A DNA stretch of 64,000 nucleotides from a bacterium (GTDB lineage Bacteria; Patescibacteriota; Patescibacteriia; Patescibacteriales; UBA12465), in assembly GCA_035400585.1 (NCBI GenBank), contig DAOMZR010000002.1:79364-143363 (forward strand). The letters run 5' to 3'. Below the pieces are notes generated by a model, which searched no databases, had not been told where the DNA came from, and saw nothing but the letters and a program-made list of their open reading frames with translations. A program made the translations under genes and the position numbers. Positions 1-10,070 of this stretch are shown in pieces (position 1 is the stretch's first letter; each line of letters opens with the position of its first letter).

Positions 1-1859
1 CAAAATAGATATAAATCTGGGTCGTTACCAACAACCTGACTTAAAAGCAAAACTTCAAAGTCTCTATTTTTTAATATATCAGTTTGAACTTGATTGGTAT
101 CAATTACTTTAATAAATGTTTTTATTCCAATTGATTCCCAATTAGATTTAATAAAATTAGCAACATCAATATTGTCAGACAAATTAACGGTTGTTATTTT
201 TATTGATAAATAATCACTACCCTTAACTCTCCAGGTACCGCTCATTTCATAATTATCTCTGTTAACTTCACTTACTATTTTCTTTTTTAATTGCCAGTTT
301 TCAATTAGCTCTACTTTTTCTCTGGCTTGTTTTAATTTTTCTTGATATTCCAAAACCAAAGCCTCATTATTTGAAACATCAGTACTAGTAGCCTCTTCAC
401 TTTCTAAACTTTCTCCTTGATTGCTTTCGCTTTCTTCATCCGAAGCAGCAGTTTCTTCGTCTATTTTCTCTACCTTATTATTTTCCAGATTAATAAGCTC
501 CCTGATTAAAACAATCTCCTCTTCACTAATATTCATAGTCGTCCATTTAAGATCATCTAAAATTTTCTTAGCCTCTTCTGGATTATAATTATATTTTTCA
601 ATGGTATCATTATAAGCAAAATTATTAGGAAGTATCGGCCCATAAGCCAAACCAGCGTTACCGGAAAAAATGTCAGTTACCAAGGAATTTTTATCAATAC
701 TTAAAGCCAAAGCTTTTCTAAAATCTTTGCTCTGTAAAAATTCTCCGCTTTTTTGATTAAAGAACAAAGAAGCTATTTGTGGTAAATTAAGTTTATGAAA
801 ATTAAGTGAATTCTGAGAAACTAAATTATCTTTTAACCCATGGGGCAAATAACTTACGCCATCAACCAAATTATTATTTAAAGAATCAATCATTTCTTCA
901 AAATAAGAAAAAAATTTGAAGTTTAAATTACTTATATAAGGAACCTGGTCATAATATCTCTCGTTGGCTACCAAAACCATTTCCTTAATTTCTCCGGATT
1001 TATTTTTAGTAAGTGATTTGAATTTATAAGGACCAGATCCTATTGGTTTTAAATTTAACTCAGCTAAAGAAGCGTTTTTGGGGTCAATATTACTCCAAAG
1101 ATTTTGAGGTAAAACTCCAAAAACCAACATATCCAAAAAAGCAGCGTAGGGCTCAGCTAAAATAAACTTAAAATTATATTCATCTATTTTTTCTATTTCT
1201 ACTCCCAGAAAAGATGCCCTAAGAGGAGATCCGTATTCTGGATTTTTAATAGCTTCAAAAGTAAAAACAATATCATCAACCGTTAGTCTCTCTTCGTGAT
1301 GCCAATAAATATTATTCTTAATTTTAAATCTATATTCCTTACCATCCTCACTTATTTCATATTTCTCAACCAAATCATTAATCAACAAACCATCAATTCC
1401 TCTTTTAAACAAAGAAGAAAAAATTAGAGTGCTTAAATCCCTATCAACATCATTGGCTAAATCATAAAGTGGGTTTATATTTTTAGGAGAACCCAAAAGA
1501 GCCTCGGAGTAGACACCACCATATTCAGGAATTATTTCTAAGTTTTTTTTATAAAATCTAAAACCAAAAAACAACAAAGCCAACAAAATAACAGACAAAG
1601 AAAAATAGATTATCATCCTTTCTTTGAAGCTCAACACCTTTCTAACGTACTTTATTTGTTTGAAATTAGGTATTTTATGAGAAGAAAGAGAATAAACCAA
1701 TTTTTTATCTAAATCCTCATAACCATCGACAGTATTGATTACTTCTTTTTCTTTATTTATTTTCTTTTTCTTGAATACAGAAAAAATTTTAGCAACAAAA
1801 AAATTACCATCCTTCTCGGATATTTTTTCTGTATTTCTTTTTTGATTAAATAAGTCCAC
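1..1859 (-). CDS. ABC-type substrate-binding protein, family 5 (oligopeptide/nickel type); C-terminal end lies beyond the left window edge
   Basis: Absent from the ORF track (no stop inside the window), but the minus strand is one open frame from ~1859 to 1. Hand translation gives a TM anchor MIIYFSLSVILLALLFFGF followed by SBP family-5-like blocks (GGVYSEALLGSPKNINPLY; YRFKIKNNIYWHHEERLTVDDIVFTFE; LKPIGSGPYKF). Start is ambiguous: GTG ~1859 or ATG ~1616. Confidence 0.7.
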   Translation of the reverse strand, partial: MDLFNQKRNTEKISEKDGNFFVAKIFSVFKKKKINKEKEVINTVDGYEDLDKKLVYSLSSHKIPNFKQIKYVRKVLSFKERMIIYFSLSVILLALLFFGFRFYKKNLEIIPEYGGVYSEALLGSPKNINPLYDLANDVDRDLSTLIFSSLFKRGIDGLLINDLVEKYEISEDGKEYRFKIKNNIYWHHEERLTVDDIVFTFEAIKNPEYGSPLRASFLGVEIEKIDEYNFKFILAEPYAAFLDMLVFGVLPQNLWSNIDPKNASLAELNLKPIGSGPYKFKSLTKNKSGEIKEMVLVANERYYDQVPYISNLNFKFFSYFEEMIDSLNNNLVDGVSYLPHGLKDNLVSQNSLNFHKLNLPQIASLFFNQKSGEFLQSKDFRKALALSIDKNSLVTDIFSGNAGLAYGPILPNNFAYNDTIEKYNYNPEEAKKILDDLKWTTMNISEEEIVLIRELINLENNKVEKIDEETAASDEESESNQGESLESEEATSTDVSNNEALVLEYQEKLKQAREKVELIENWQLKKKIVSEVNRDNYEMSGTWRVKGSDYLSIKITTVNLSDNIDVANFIKSNWESIGIKTFIKVIDTNQVQTDILKNRDFEVLLLSQVVGNDPDLYLF

Positions 1860-1907
1860 AAAAAAATATATTAAGATATACTTAATCCCTGAGGTAGAAA
1901 ATCCGTT

Positions 1908-2126
1908 TTATTTATTTAAAAATAAATTAGCAACGGAATTAGCAAAAAATAAAACAGCCAAAATGATGGTAAAGATAAAAAGCTTTTTCTCAATACCTCT
2001 TTTGGTTAAGAAAACTGCTCCACTTCCACCAAAAACACCACCCAAAGCAGCTCCTTTATTTTGAAGTAAAATAACTATTATTAAAAGAATTGAAATCACT
2101 ATCTGACTTATTTTTATCCAGTGCAT
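1908..2126 (-). CDS. secG: preprotein translocase subunit SecG
   Basis: 72 aa with two TM helices and an LLQNKGAALGGVFGGSG motif typical of SecG. Confidence 0.7.
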   Translation of the reverse strand: MHWIKISQIVISILLIIVILLQNKGAALGGVFGGSGAVFLTKRGIEKKLFIFTIILAVLFFANSVANLFLNK

Positions 2127-2127
2127 A

Positions 2128-2484
2128 TTATTTAATGTTTGATTTAACTTTTTCTACTATTGAAGCTAAAACTTTTTTATTATTTACAGCTAAATCAGCC
2201 AAAATCTTTCTATCAAGAACAATGTTTGCTTTCTTTAAGCCACCCATGAATTTGGAATAAGAAAGACTGTACTCTTTAACAAAAGCACTTATCTTTATTT
2301 GCCACAAACCTCTAGCAGTTCTTTTTTTCTTTCTTCTATCGACAAAAGCATGAGCACCAGCCTTAGTTCTGGCAGTTTGAGCTAATTTTATAAGCTTCTT
2401 GCGACCCCACTTATAACCTTTAACTTGCTTTAATATGTTTTTTCTTCTCTTGGAGTGCATTACTCCTCTTTTTACTCTTGGCAT
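2128..2484 (-). CDS. rplT: 50S ribosomal protein L20
   Basis: MPRVKRGVMHSKRRKNILKQVKGYKWGRKK... is a canonical L20 N-terminus. Sits in the infC-rpmI-rplT order. Confidence 0.95.
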   Translation of the reverse strand: MPRVKRGVMHSKRRKNILKQVKGYKWGRKKLIKLAQTARTKAGAHAFVDRRKKKRTARGLWQIKISAFVKEYSLSYSKFMGGLKKANIVLDRKILADLAVNNKKVLASIVEKVKSNIK

Positions 2485-2537
2485 ATTATAAAAATGAAAC
2501 TAAAAACAACAATGTTTTTTATTCAAAAAATTAATAA

Positions 2538-2735
2538 TTAACTATACGGAGTTAACCTTTTAACAGTTCTCTCTAATGTTTTAGTTAGAGTCATATCTCT
2601 TCTTTTGCTTCTAGTTGTATTACCAGATTCACGAGAATTAAAATGATCCTGACCTCCTTTACGATGTTTTACCTTATCCTTAGCTGTTCTAGTAAAACGC
2701 TTAACAGTTGCTTTATGGGTTTTTATTTTCGGCAT
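2538..2735 (-). CDS. rpmI: 50S ribosomal protein L35
   Basis: 65 aa, MPKIKTHKATVKRFTRTAKDKVKHRKGGQDH, L35 signature and operon position. Confidence 0.9.
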   Translation of the reverse strand: MPKIKTHKATVKRFTRTAKDKVKHRKGGQDHFNSRESGNTTRSKRRDMTLTKTLERTVKRLTPYS

Positions 2736-2785
2736 ATTTATTTAATTAAAAAGCTAAAAAATCAGGCCTAAACCTGTTTTTTTGT

Positions 2786-3352
2786 CTATTTTACCTTATT
2801 AACTAATATTATACTAAATCCTCCTGGCTGTTTTGTCAAGCCCTGCTCTTCTTCTATTGATAAATTAGGCTTATTTTTCAAGTCAGAATAGAATTCCATT
2901 ATTATTTCTCTAGCCTTTTCAAAGTGTTGCTTTTCTCTACCCCTTAGACTTAAATCAATTTTAACCTTATTTCCTTTTAATAGAAATTTGGCTGTTTGTT
3001 CTACTCGAACATCAAAATCATGCTTACTAATTCTAAAGGTTAGTCTAACATTCTTAGTTTCAACTTTTTTTTGCAAAACCTTTTGCTTGTGCTTCTTTTT
3101 CTCTTGTTCGTATTTAAACTGACCTAAATCTAATATTTTAGCTACCGGGATTTCAGCCTTAGGATTAACTTCAACCAAATCTAAGCCAGCTTCTTGTGCC
3201 AATTCTAAAGCTTTATAAGTTTCCATTACTCCCACGTTTTCACCCTCTTCATTTATTAAAAAAACTTTTTCAGCTCTAATTTTTTCGTTAGAACTGAACT
3301 GTTTTTCGTTTTTACTTTTATCAACTTTCGGGAATCTAAACTTTCTTCTCAT
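2786..3352 (-). CDS. infC: translation initiation factor IF-3
   Basis: NEKIRAEKVFLINEEGENVGVMETYKALELAQEAGLDLVEV plus a C-terminal IF3 domain. Lies upstream of rpmI-rplT. Confidence 0.9.
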   Translation of the reverse strand: MRRKFRFPKVDKSKNEKQFSSNEKIRAEKVFLINEEGENVGVMETYKALELAQEAGLDLVEVNPKAEIPVAKILDLGQFKYEQEKKKHKQKVLQKKVETKNVRLTFRISKHDFDVRVEQTAKFLLKGNKVKIDLSLRGREKQHFEKAREIIMEFYSDLKNKPNLSIEEEQGLTKQPGGFSIILVNKVK

Positions 3353-3392
3353 TTTTAGTTAAAATTAATTTTAAAATTAGTAAATTAAAGTG

Positions 3393-3464
3393 AGCGGGTA
3401 ACGGGAATTGAACCCGTCTCTCGACCTTGGCAAGGTCGCATAATAGCCACTATACGATACCCGC
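3393..3464 (-). tRNA. tRNA-Gly (anticodon GCC)
   Basis: Minus strand reads GCGGGTA..CGACC-TTGCCAA-GGTCG..ACGGGTTCAATTCCCGT-TACCCGC-T. The cloverleaf was folded by hand. No encoded CCA. Confidence 0.9.
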
Positions 3465-3469
3465 AAATG

Positions 3470-3553
3470 TGCCGCGGGGGAGAATCGAACTCCCACGATA
3501 TTACTATCACTGGATTTTAAGTCCAGCGCGTCTACCAGTTCCGCCACCACGGC
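3470..3553 (-). tRNA. tRNA-Leu (anticodon UAA), long variable arm
   Basis: Minus strand reads GCCGTGGTGGCGGAACTGGTAGACGCGCTGGA-CTTAAAA-TCCAG, then a variable arm and GGGAGTTCGATTCTCCC-CCGCGGC-A. Confidence 0.9.
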
Positions 3554-3562
3554 TTATTTTTG

Positions 3563-3947
3563 TGGAGATGACGGGAATTGAACCCGTGTCCAATAAGTTT
3601 TTGCAAACACTTTTACAAGATTATCCCAATTAATTTTCTCGTTATTGTTTTTAAAAATTGGGCGAAAAAAAACAATAACCATCTTTCTTTGTTTTCAAAT
3701 TTTGGAAGAAAGATACCCCAAAATTCTATCCCTATAAATGACACCGGTTACTAGTTATAAGGAGTCGCTAGACCGATGGTTGAGCTATTTTATATTAAGC
3801 TGCAACAGGAGCAAAAGCTGGAACTTTCCATGAGAAAGCAACTTTGCTTGAAGTGTTTTTTGCACTTATTTTTTGAGCAGATTACACGATGCTCAGCGCG
3901 CCTTGAATGTTTGAAAAATGATCTTAATGTCGAAGCCGATCATCCCC
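3563..3947 (-). ncRNA. ssrA: tmRNA (SsrA), one-piece
   Basis: 5' end GGGGATGATCGGCTTCGAC; 3' tRNA-like end ACGGGTTCAATTCCCGTCATCTCCA. Contains an internal tag ORF and starts 7 nt after the smpB stop. Confidence 0.9.
3795..3863 (-). other. tmRNA tag reading frame (resume codon GCA to TAA)
   Basis: Upstream context AAAAAATAAGT|GCA resembles the E. coli resume context. Hand translation gives AKNTSSKVAFSWKVPAFAPVAA*. Confidence 0.7.
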
Positions 3948-3954
3948 ATGATCG

Positions 3955-4431
3955 CTACAAACTTATTTTCAACTTGCTTTTTAATAAAGTTTTGATTCTT
4001 CGATCTTCGTCTTTTTTCTTGAGATCGTCTCGCTTGTCATACTTCTTTTTTCCTCTGCCGACAGCTAGTTCCAACTTTATAAAACTGCCTTTAGTATATA
4101 ACTTAACAGGAATAACTGTCAAGCCCTTTTCTTGTTTTTTAGAGAACAAATGATCCAATTCTTTCTTCTTTAATAAAATTTTCCTATCTCTCTCTGGTTG
4201 ATAGGCATCCATTTTGCCGGCAAACTTATAAAGAGAAATGTGACAATTAACCAAATAAGCGGCTATTTTTCCACTTTCATCTGGTTTAAAAGAGATATAG
4301 GCGCCTTTCAAATTAACCTGCCCCGATCTCACTGATTTAACTTCATGACCAAACAAAACTATCCCGGCATCATAAGTTTCCAGGAATTCATAATCAAAAC
4401 TAGCTTTTTTATTTATTGCCAAGACTGCCAT
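3955..4431 (-). CDS. smpB: SsrA-binding protein SmpB
   Basis: MAVLAINKKASFDYEFLETYDAGIVLFGHEVKSVRSGQVNLKGAY is the canonical SmpB pattern. Confidence 0.95.
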   Translation of the reverse strand: MAVLAINKKASFDYEFLETYDAGIVLFGHEVKSVRSGQVNLKGAYISFKPDESGKIAAYLVNCHISLYKFAGKMDAYQPERDRKILLKKKELDHLFSKKQEKGLTVIPVKLYTKGSFIKLELAVGRGKKKYDKRDDLKKKDEDRRIKTLLKSKLKISL

Positions 4432-5716
4432 TTGAGATGTTTGATTTCTTTAAAAAATCAATGGTCTTTTGATTAATAAGACTATTTTCTAAATAAGCCT
4501 TATAATGAGAACTATCAATATTTTTTATAGCTTCTAAGTTTTTCTCATATTTCTTTTTAAGGACTTCAATTTCTTTATTCATTTCACTTTCAGAAACTGT
4601 TATTTTTTCCTCTTTAGCTATTTCCTTTAAAATTAAAGCGCTTTTCACTCTTTTGGTAGCGTTTGGTAAGATTTCTAGCATTAATTGATCTTGAGTTTTG
4701 TTGATGCTCTTTAAATAATCAGCAAAATTTCCTCCCTGAGAAACAAGTCCGTGTTCCATTTCGTGCATCATTAAATTAGCTTCATTTTTTATTAAATTTT
4801 CTGGGATATCACTAAATTTGGAATCATCGACTATTTTTTCCAAAAGATTTATTTCCGTTTTTTGATCTTCTTCTCTCTTCTTTTGAATTTCAATTGTTTT
4901 TTTAATGTTTTCTTTTAAATCACTAACATTTTTAAATTGAAAAATTTTAGCTAAATCATCATTTAATTCTGGCAGTTGTCTTTGGTAAACCTCTTTAATT
5001 TCTACCTTAAAATCAACTAATTTACCAGCCAAATTTTTATTGTAATGTTTTTCTGGATAAACCAAGTTAAATTCTTTCTTATCACCTTTTTTAAGACCTA
5101 TAATATTTTTATCAAAACCATCAACAAAATAATTTTTACCAGTTAAAATAGTAACCTCTGGATTTTGTCCATCTTCAATCGGCACTTTATCAATAAACAG
5201 GTTAACACTAGCAATAACCTTGTCTCCCTTTTCAATGACCTTGTCAGAGATCACCTCCTTAGCTCTCATCTCTAGTAAATCATTAATTATTTTTTCTATT
5301 TCTTTTTCCTCAACAACAACATTGTTTTCTTTTAAGCCCAAATCTTTATACTTTCCTAATTTTACTTCGGGTAAAACAAAAACTTTTATTTTATATTCGG
5401 CTTGATTTCCTGGAGCTAATTTAGTTATTTCAACCTCTGGTTGACCGACAACTTCTTTGTCTTTTATGTTTTCATCAATAATCTTATAGATATTTTTATT
5501 GAGTGAAATCTTTACGGCTTCTTCCATAATAGCCAATTCACCAACTTTTTGCTTAAGAACATTAAAAGGAACTTTTCCCGGCCTAAAACCTTCTATTTTT
5601 ATCTCTTTAGATAAAGATTCGGCACCTTTTTCCATTAAAGGAGACATTTCTTCAATGCTTAGTTCAACTTTTAATTCAATTTGTCCTTTTTCTAAATCTT
5701 TTCTTATAACGTTCAT
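4409..5716 (-). CDS. tig: trigger factor
   Basis: MNVIRKDLEKGQIELKVELS...EGFRPGKVPFNVLKQK (ribosome-binding GFRxGxxP motif). The track ORF extends to 5812 with a hydrophobic junk extension, so the internal ATG at 5716 is preferred. Confidence 0.9.
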   Translation of the reverse strand: MNVIRKDLEKGQIELKVELSIEEMSPLMEKGAESLSKEIKIEGFRPGKVPFNVLKQKVGELAIMEEAVKISLNKNIYKIIDENIKDKEVVGQPEVEITKLAPGNQAEYKIKVFVLPEVKLGKYKDLGLKENNVVVEEKEIEKIINDLLEMRAKEVISDKVIEKGDKVIASVNLFIDKVPIEDGQNPEVTILTGKNYFVDGFDKNIIGLKKGDKKEFNLVYPEKHYNKNLAGKLVDFKVEIKEVYQRQLPELNDDLAKIFQFKNVSDLKENIKKTIEIQKKREEDQKTEINLLEKIVDDSKFSDIPENLIKNEANLMMHEMEHGLVSQGGNFADYLKSINKTQDQLMLEILPNATKRVKSALILKEIAKEEKITVSESEMNKEIEVLKKKYEKNLEAIKNIDSSHYKAYLENSLINQKTIDFLKKSNISNGSLGNK

Positions 5717-5832
5717 AAATACAAAATTAATAATTATTAGCCTAAATATTATAACAGAAAAATATAAAATTAAAAGCCCTAAAAATAATAAAAAAAGCCA
5801 CGCACTAAGCAATGGCTCTTTTAGAATCTGTT

Positions 5833-6366
5833 TTAATTTAATTCATTTGATTCAGACTCCACCTCCTCTTCCGTAAAAATATCGACTGGCCCAAATTCAT
5901 CGTCGCTCACCCCTTTTGCTAAAAGGTTCTCCATTTCAACTTCTTCCATAACTCCATCGTAAAAATCCAAACCGGGCATTTTTCCGCCAAAAAATTTTTT
6001 CGGATTAGCATGAATGACCTCCCCCTCAACCATTGACGGCTTTATATCAACTTTTCGAGCCGACCTGATTTTTTTTCTTTCTTTTAACTCTCTGGCGATT
6101 CTCTTTTTTTCTTCGATCTTTTTCTCCTCTGATTCAATAATCACTTCAACTTTTTTTACAAAGTCTGGATGATAAGAATAACAATTACCATTTTTTCTCT
6201 TGGCCATTACACTGAAAAGTCCTTTGTTTTGTGAGTCGGCCTGAAGTTCTATAATAATTCTTTTTACATCCCTCTGCTTGATAGAGGAGTCAGAGAATTT
6301 TTTAATAAGTGCCAATCTGGTTACCCAATCAGATTTTAAACGAAAAGAAGATTTTTTCTTTGTCAT
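5833..6366 (-). CDS. hypothetical protein (charged, acidic C-terminus)
   Basis: 177-aa ORF flanked by its own terminator-like context. No family recognised. Confidence 0.5.
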   Translation of the reverse strand: MTKKKSSFRLKSDWVTRLALIKKFSDSSIKQRDVKRIIIELQADSQNKGLFSVMAKRKNGNCYSYHPDFVKKVEVIIESEEKKIEEKKRIARELKERKKIRSARKVDIKPSMVEGEVIHANPKKFFGGKMPGLDFYDGVMEEVEMENLLAKGVSDDEFGPVDIFTEEEVESESNELN

Positions 6367-6444
6367 GATACAGAGATTTGGTTAAACATAGGGTTTTTAA
6401 AAAACAACTTTTTATTTTACTTTAAGTTTAAAAATTTGTCAATA

Positions 6445-6475
6445 CAAAAAAACAGGGAAAATCCCTGTTTTTTTA
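6445..6475 (-). terminator. rho-independent terminator after hppA
   Basis: ACAGGGA-AAA-TCCCTGT hairpin flanked by A/T runs. Confidence 0.7.
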
Positions 6476-6497
6476 TTTTTATATTTTTCTTCTAAAA

Positions 6498-8486
6498 CTA
6501 CAATAGCAAACCAATAATCAACAAAGCAACGATGTTAACAATTTTAATCATTGGGTTAATGGCTGGACCAGCAGTATCCTTGTAAGGATCTCCAACGGTA
6601 TCACCGGTTACAGCTGCCTTGTGAGCATCTGAGCCCTTTCCTCCAAAATGACCAGATTCAATATATTTTTTAGCGTTATCCCAAGCACCTCCACCAGAAG
6701 TCATAGAGATAGCTACAAAAATACCAGTAACTATAGAACCAATAAGTAAACCACCTAATGCTTCTACTCCCAACAAGAAACCAACTAAAATTGGAGCTAC
6801 AACTGGAATTAAAGCTGGAACAATCATAGCTCTTAGAGCTGATTTAGTCACTATATCTACCGTTCTACCATAATCTGGTTTTTGGCTACCATCCATTATT
6901 CCTGGTTTTTCTTTAAACTGATTTCTAACATCTTCTACTACAGAACCAGCTGATTTACCAACAGCTCTCATCGCCAAAGCGCCAAAATAATATGGCAAAA
7001 GACCACCAATAAATAAACCAACTAAAACACTTGGATTATCAATAGCAAAAACATACTTTTCTCCAGCCCGATGAGTAAAGTCGGCAAACAAAACCAATGT
7101 GGCTAAAGCAGCACTACCAATAGCATATCCTTTAGTAACTGCCTTGGTTGTGTTTCCAACAGCATCCAAAGGATCTGTTATATTTCTAATATCTTCTCCT
7201 AATTCAGCCATCTCAGCAATACCACCGGCGTTATCAGTAATTGGTCCGTAAGAATCAATAGCTACAACGATACCAGCCATAGAAAGCATGGCTACCGCAG
7301 CAATAGCTACTCCATACAAATCAGCTAAACTATAAGCACCTAAAATAGCAGCCGCAATTACTAAAATTGGCCACATAGTTGATTTCATGGAAACAGCTAA
7401 ACCAGCAATAACGTTTGTTCCGTGACCCGTTTTAGAAGCCTCGGCGATACTTTTAACTGGATTAAACTTAGTTGATGTATAGTATTCAGTGATAAATACC
7501 ATTAAACCAGTTACCACCAAACCAATTAAAGCACTTAAATAAATATTAATAAAAGGAAAAACAGAACTATCGGCCATAAACCATTTGATAGCTGGATAAA
7601 AAGCAACAGCCGAAATTAATCCTGATGCTATTAATCCTTTGTACAAAGCTTGCATGATATTTTTGTTTTTTCCTAGTCTGATAAAATAAATACCAATTAT
7701 AGAAGATAGAATAGAAATACCACCTAAAAATAAAGGTAATAAAACTTTATCTCCAGTTGATTCTCCAAAAAATATTATACCCAAAACCATAGCAGCAATT
7801 GAGGTCACTGAATAAGTTTCAAAAAGATCGGCCGCCATACCAGCACAATCACCAACGTTATCGCCAACATTATCGGCAATAACCGCTGGATTTCTTGGAT
7901 CGTCTTCTGGAATATTAGATTCTACTTTACCGACAAGATCGGCTCCAACGTCAGCAGCTTTAGTATAAATACCTCCGCCTAAACGAGCAAAAATTGAGAT
8001 AAGAGAGCCACCAAAACCGAAACCAATTAAAGCGTGTAAATCTTTAGTTAAAAAATAAAAACCAGCTGTTCCTAATAAAGCTAAACCAACAACCAAAACT
8101 CCAGTTATACTTCCACCTTTAACGGCTACATCTAAAGCTTTTTTCAAACCACCACGAGCGGCTTCGGTTGTCCTAACGTTAGCTCTAACACTAACATGCA
8201 TTCCAATATAACCAGCTAAAGCTGATAAAATTGATCCTGATAAAAAAGCTAAAGCGGTTTTAATTCCCAAAGAAGGAATTAAAGCAATTATCACGAATAA
8301 AATTAAGGCTACTATAGCTACCGTTTTATATTGACGGTTTAAAAAAGCCTTGGCACCGGCCTGAATAGCGCCGGCAATTTCTTGCATTTTTTCATTTCCT
8401 TTTGGAAGTCTCATGATAGAACTAATAAGAATTCCTCCGAAAATTATAGCTACTAAAGAGCTAGCAATAATAAAAATTTCGATCAT
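6498..8486 (-). CDS. hppA: membrane-bound pyrophosphatase, K+-independent (H+-translocating) type
   Basis: 662 aa, multi-TM. Motifs [19 protein letters not shown] and DNVGDNVGD. The [10 protein letters not shown] motif carries the Lys/Thr pair of K+-independent enzymes. Confidence 0.95.
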   Translation of the reverse strand: MIEIFIIASSLVAIIFGGILISSIMRLPKGNEKMQEIAGAIQAGAKAFLNRQYKTVAIVALILFVIIALIPSLGIKTALAFLSGSILSALAGYIGMHVSVRANVRTTEAARGGLKKALDVAVKGGSITGVLVVGLALLGTAGFYFLTKDLHALIGFGFGGSLISIFARLGGGIYTKAADVGADLVGKVESNIPEDDPRNPAVIADNVGDNVGDCAGMAADLFETYSVTSIAAMVLGIIFFGESTGDKVLLPLFLGGISILSSIIGIYFIRLGKNKNIMQALYKGLIASGLISAVAFYPAIKWFMADSSVFPFINIYLSALIGLVVTGLMVFITEYYTSTKFNPVKSIAEASKTGHGTNVIAGLAVSMKSTMWPILVIAAAILGAYSLADLYGVAIAAVAMLSMAGIVVAIDSYGPITDNAGGIAEMAELGEDIRNITDPLDAVGNTTKAVTKGYAIGSAALATLVLFADFTHRAGEKYVFAIDNPSVLVGLFIGGLLPYYFGALAMRAVGKSAGSVVEDVRNQFKEKPGIMDGSQKPDYGRTVDIVTKSALRAMIVPALIPVVAPILVGFLLGVEALGGLLIGSIVTGIFVAISMTSGGGAWDNAKKYIESGHFGGKGSDAHKAAVTGDTVGDPYKDTAGPAINPMIKIVNIVALLIIGLLL

Positions 8487-8541
8487 AATTTTTAGATTAT
8501 CTAAATAAACAAAATTTTTGATTATTTAGAAATTATTATAA

Positions 8542-9939
8542 TTATTTTTTTGTTTTTTTAGTTTTTACTTCCTTTTTTTCCTTCACAACTTTTTCTTTGA
8601 CAACTTTTTTCTTGGTTTCTTTTTTAACTGCTTCCTTTTTTTCTTTTTTCTTAATTTCTTTTTTTTCTGATTCTACTTCTTTTTCCGATTCTGTCTCTTT
8701 TTCCGATTCTGTCTCTTTTTCAACAAATAATTCTTCTGATTTTTTTTCTTCTACTTCTTCTGGTTCATCAGGGTTGTATGGCAATATATCTATTTTCCAA
8801 CCAGTCAAACGAGCAGCTAATCTGGCATTTTGTCCAGCCTTGCCAATAGCCAAAGAAAGCTTATCGGGATCAACTTTAACTATAGCTCTTTTCAATTTAT
8901 CATCAGTTTTAATGCTTAAAATTTTGGCAGGAGCTAAAGCATTGGCTATGTATTTACTTGGATCGTCGCTATATTCAACTATATCAATCTTTTCTCCACC
9001 AAGCTCATTAATTATAGTTTGAATTCTAACTCCTCTTTGTCCAACGCAAGAACCAACTGGATCAATATTTTCTGAATCTGTATAAATAGCTACTTTAGAT
9101 CTTGAGCCAGCTTCTCTGGCAATACTTTTAATTTCAATTAAACCATTAGCCAACTCTGGAATTTCCATCATAAATATTTGGCGAACAATTTCTTCTGATT
9201 TCCTAGATAGAACTATTTCAGCACCTCTGACGCCAGATCGAACTTCTTTGATATAAACTTTTATTCTTCCACCAACATTATATCTTTCTCCATAAATTTG
9301 TTCATCCATAGGTAATATGCCAATAGCTTTATCTAAATCAACAAAAACTAAACGACCCTCAACTCTTTGAATAAGCCCATTAACAACACCACCTTCTTGA
9401 TCTTTAAATTCATTAAAAATAGTTTCTTTTTCTATTTCTCTGATTTTTTGAACAATAACTTGTTTAGCTGTTTGAGCTGCCATACGACCATAACCTTCTG
9501 GTTCTTCTAAATCAAAAATAATTTCCTCGCCGATTTTAGCATCTTTTTTTACCAAAACAGCATCTTTAAATTGAATCTCGGTTTTAGGATTAAACTTTCT
9601 TTCTTCCTCTCCAATTAAAGTTTCATCTTCTTTGATTTCGTTTAATTCTGCCCTTGGTTCTCTTTCTTTTCTGTTTATTTTCTGTTTTTTTATTTCTTCT
9701 ATTTTTTCTAAAAGAGCTTCTTCTTCCTCTTCGGTTAAATCTTCAACTACTGTTTTGATGTCGTAAATTTTTGATTTACCAGTTTCCGGATTGAAAGTAA
9801 CTTTGATATTCTGCAACTTGTTACCGTAATCTTTACGATAAGCTGCGGCCAAAGCTGATTCAATAGCAGAAACAACCAAATCATAGTTGATCTTTTTTTC
9901 TTCGCAAACTTGCTTAATGGCGTTTATTAATTCTGACAT
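8542..9939 (-). CDS. nusA: transcription termination/antitermination factor NusA with a K/E-rich C-terminal tail
   Basis: N-terminal NusA domain, S1 and KH domains (GSCVGQRGVRIQTIINELGGEKIDIV). Confidence 0.95.
   Translation of the reverse strand: MSELINAIKQVCEEKKINYDLVVSAIESALAAAYRKDYGNKLQNIKVTFNPETGKSKIYDIKTVVEDLTEEEEEALLEKIEEIKKQKINRKEREPRAELNEIKEDETLIGEEERKFNPKTEIQFKDAVLVKKDAKIGEEIIFDLEEPEGYGRMAAQTAKQVIVQKIREIEKETIFNEFKDQEGGVVNGLIQRVEGRLVFVDLDKAIGILPMDEQIYGERYNVGGRIKVYIKEVRSGVRGAEIVLSRKSEEIVRQIFMMEIPELANGLIEIKSIAREAGSRSKVAIYTDSENIDPVGSCVGQRGVRIQTIINELGGEKIDIVEYSDDPSKYIANALAPAKILSIKTDDKLKRAIVKVDPDKLSLAIGKAGQNARLAARLTGWKIDILPYNPDEPEEVEEKKSEELFVEKETESEKETESEKEVESEKKEIKKKEKKEAVKKETKKKVVKEKVVKEKKEVKTKKTKK
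8665..8718. repeat. 3 x 18-bp tandem repeat inside the nusA tail
   Basis: TTCCGATTCTGTCTCTTT occurs twice perfectly (8683-8718), preceded by a degenerate copy. It encodes KEVESE/KETESE units. Confidence 0.8.
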
Positions 9940-10004
9940 ATTTTTAAGCTCTATTATTGGGTTTAAATAAAACCAATAATAGACAATAATTAATACCTAA
10001 AATT

Positions 10005-10030
10005 AAAGCTAATTGATATCAATTAGCTTT
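10005..10030 (-). terminator. 26-bp perfect palindrome, probable terminator after the pilin-like gene
   Basis: AAAGCTAATTGAT|ATCAATTAGCTTT lies about 40 nt downstream of the stop at 10071. The U-tract is weak. Confidence 0.45.
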
Positions 10031-10070
10031 ATATTAGTATTATAACAAAATTTTTGAAAAAGACAATAGT

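Noticed and set aside
3427-4153. Plus-strand track ORFs 3427-3633 (68 aa) and 3776-4153 (125 aa).
   Set aside because: They lie antisense to tRNA-Gly, tRNA-Leu, tmRNA and smpB. Their sequences are low-complexity artefacts of the RNA genes.
5717-5812. N-terminal extensions of track ORFs: tig to 5812, pheS to 36579, groES to 54564, pilin-FISUMP to 40425, small ORF to 55791.
   Set aside because: The extensions are hydrophobic or junk sequence absent from the respective families. They overlap upstream genes, promoters or the CIRCE element. Internal ATGs give canonical N-termini.
8494-8506. 13-bp palindrome TTAGATTATCTAA upstream of hppA, as a possible regulator site.
   Set aside because: It is short, AT-only, and expected by chance in this composition.
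9951-9982. Strong hairpin (CTATTATTGG..CCAATAATAG) just upstream of the nusA start, as a possible autoregulatory attenuator.
   Set aside because: There is no U-tract or other supporting signal, and AT-rich palindromes are frequent here. Recorded only as a curiosity.
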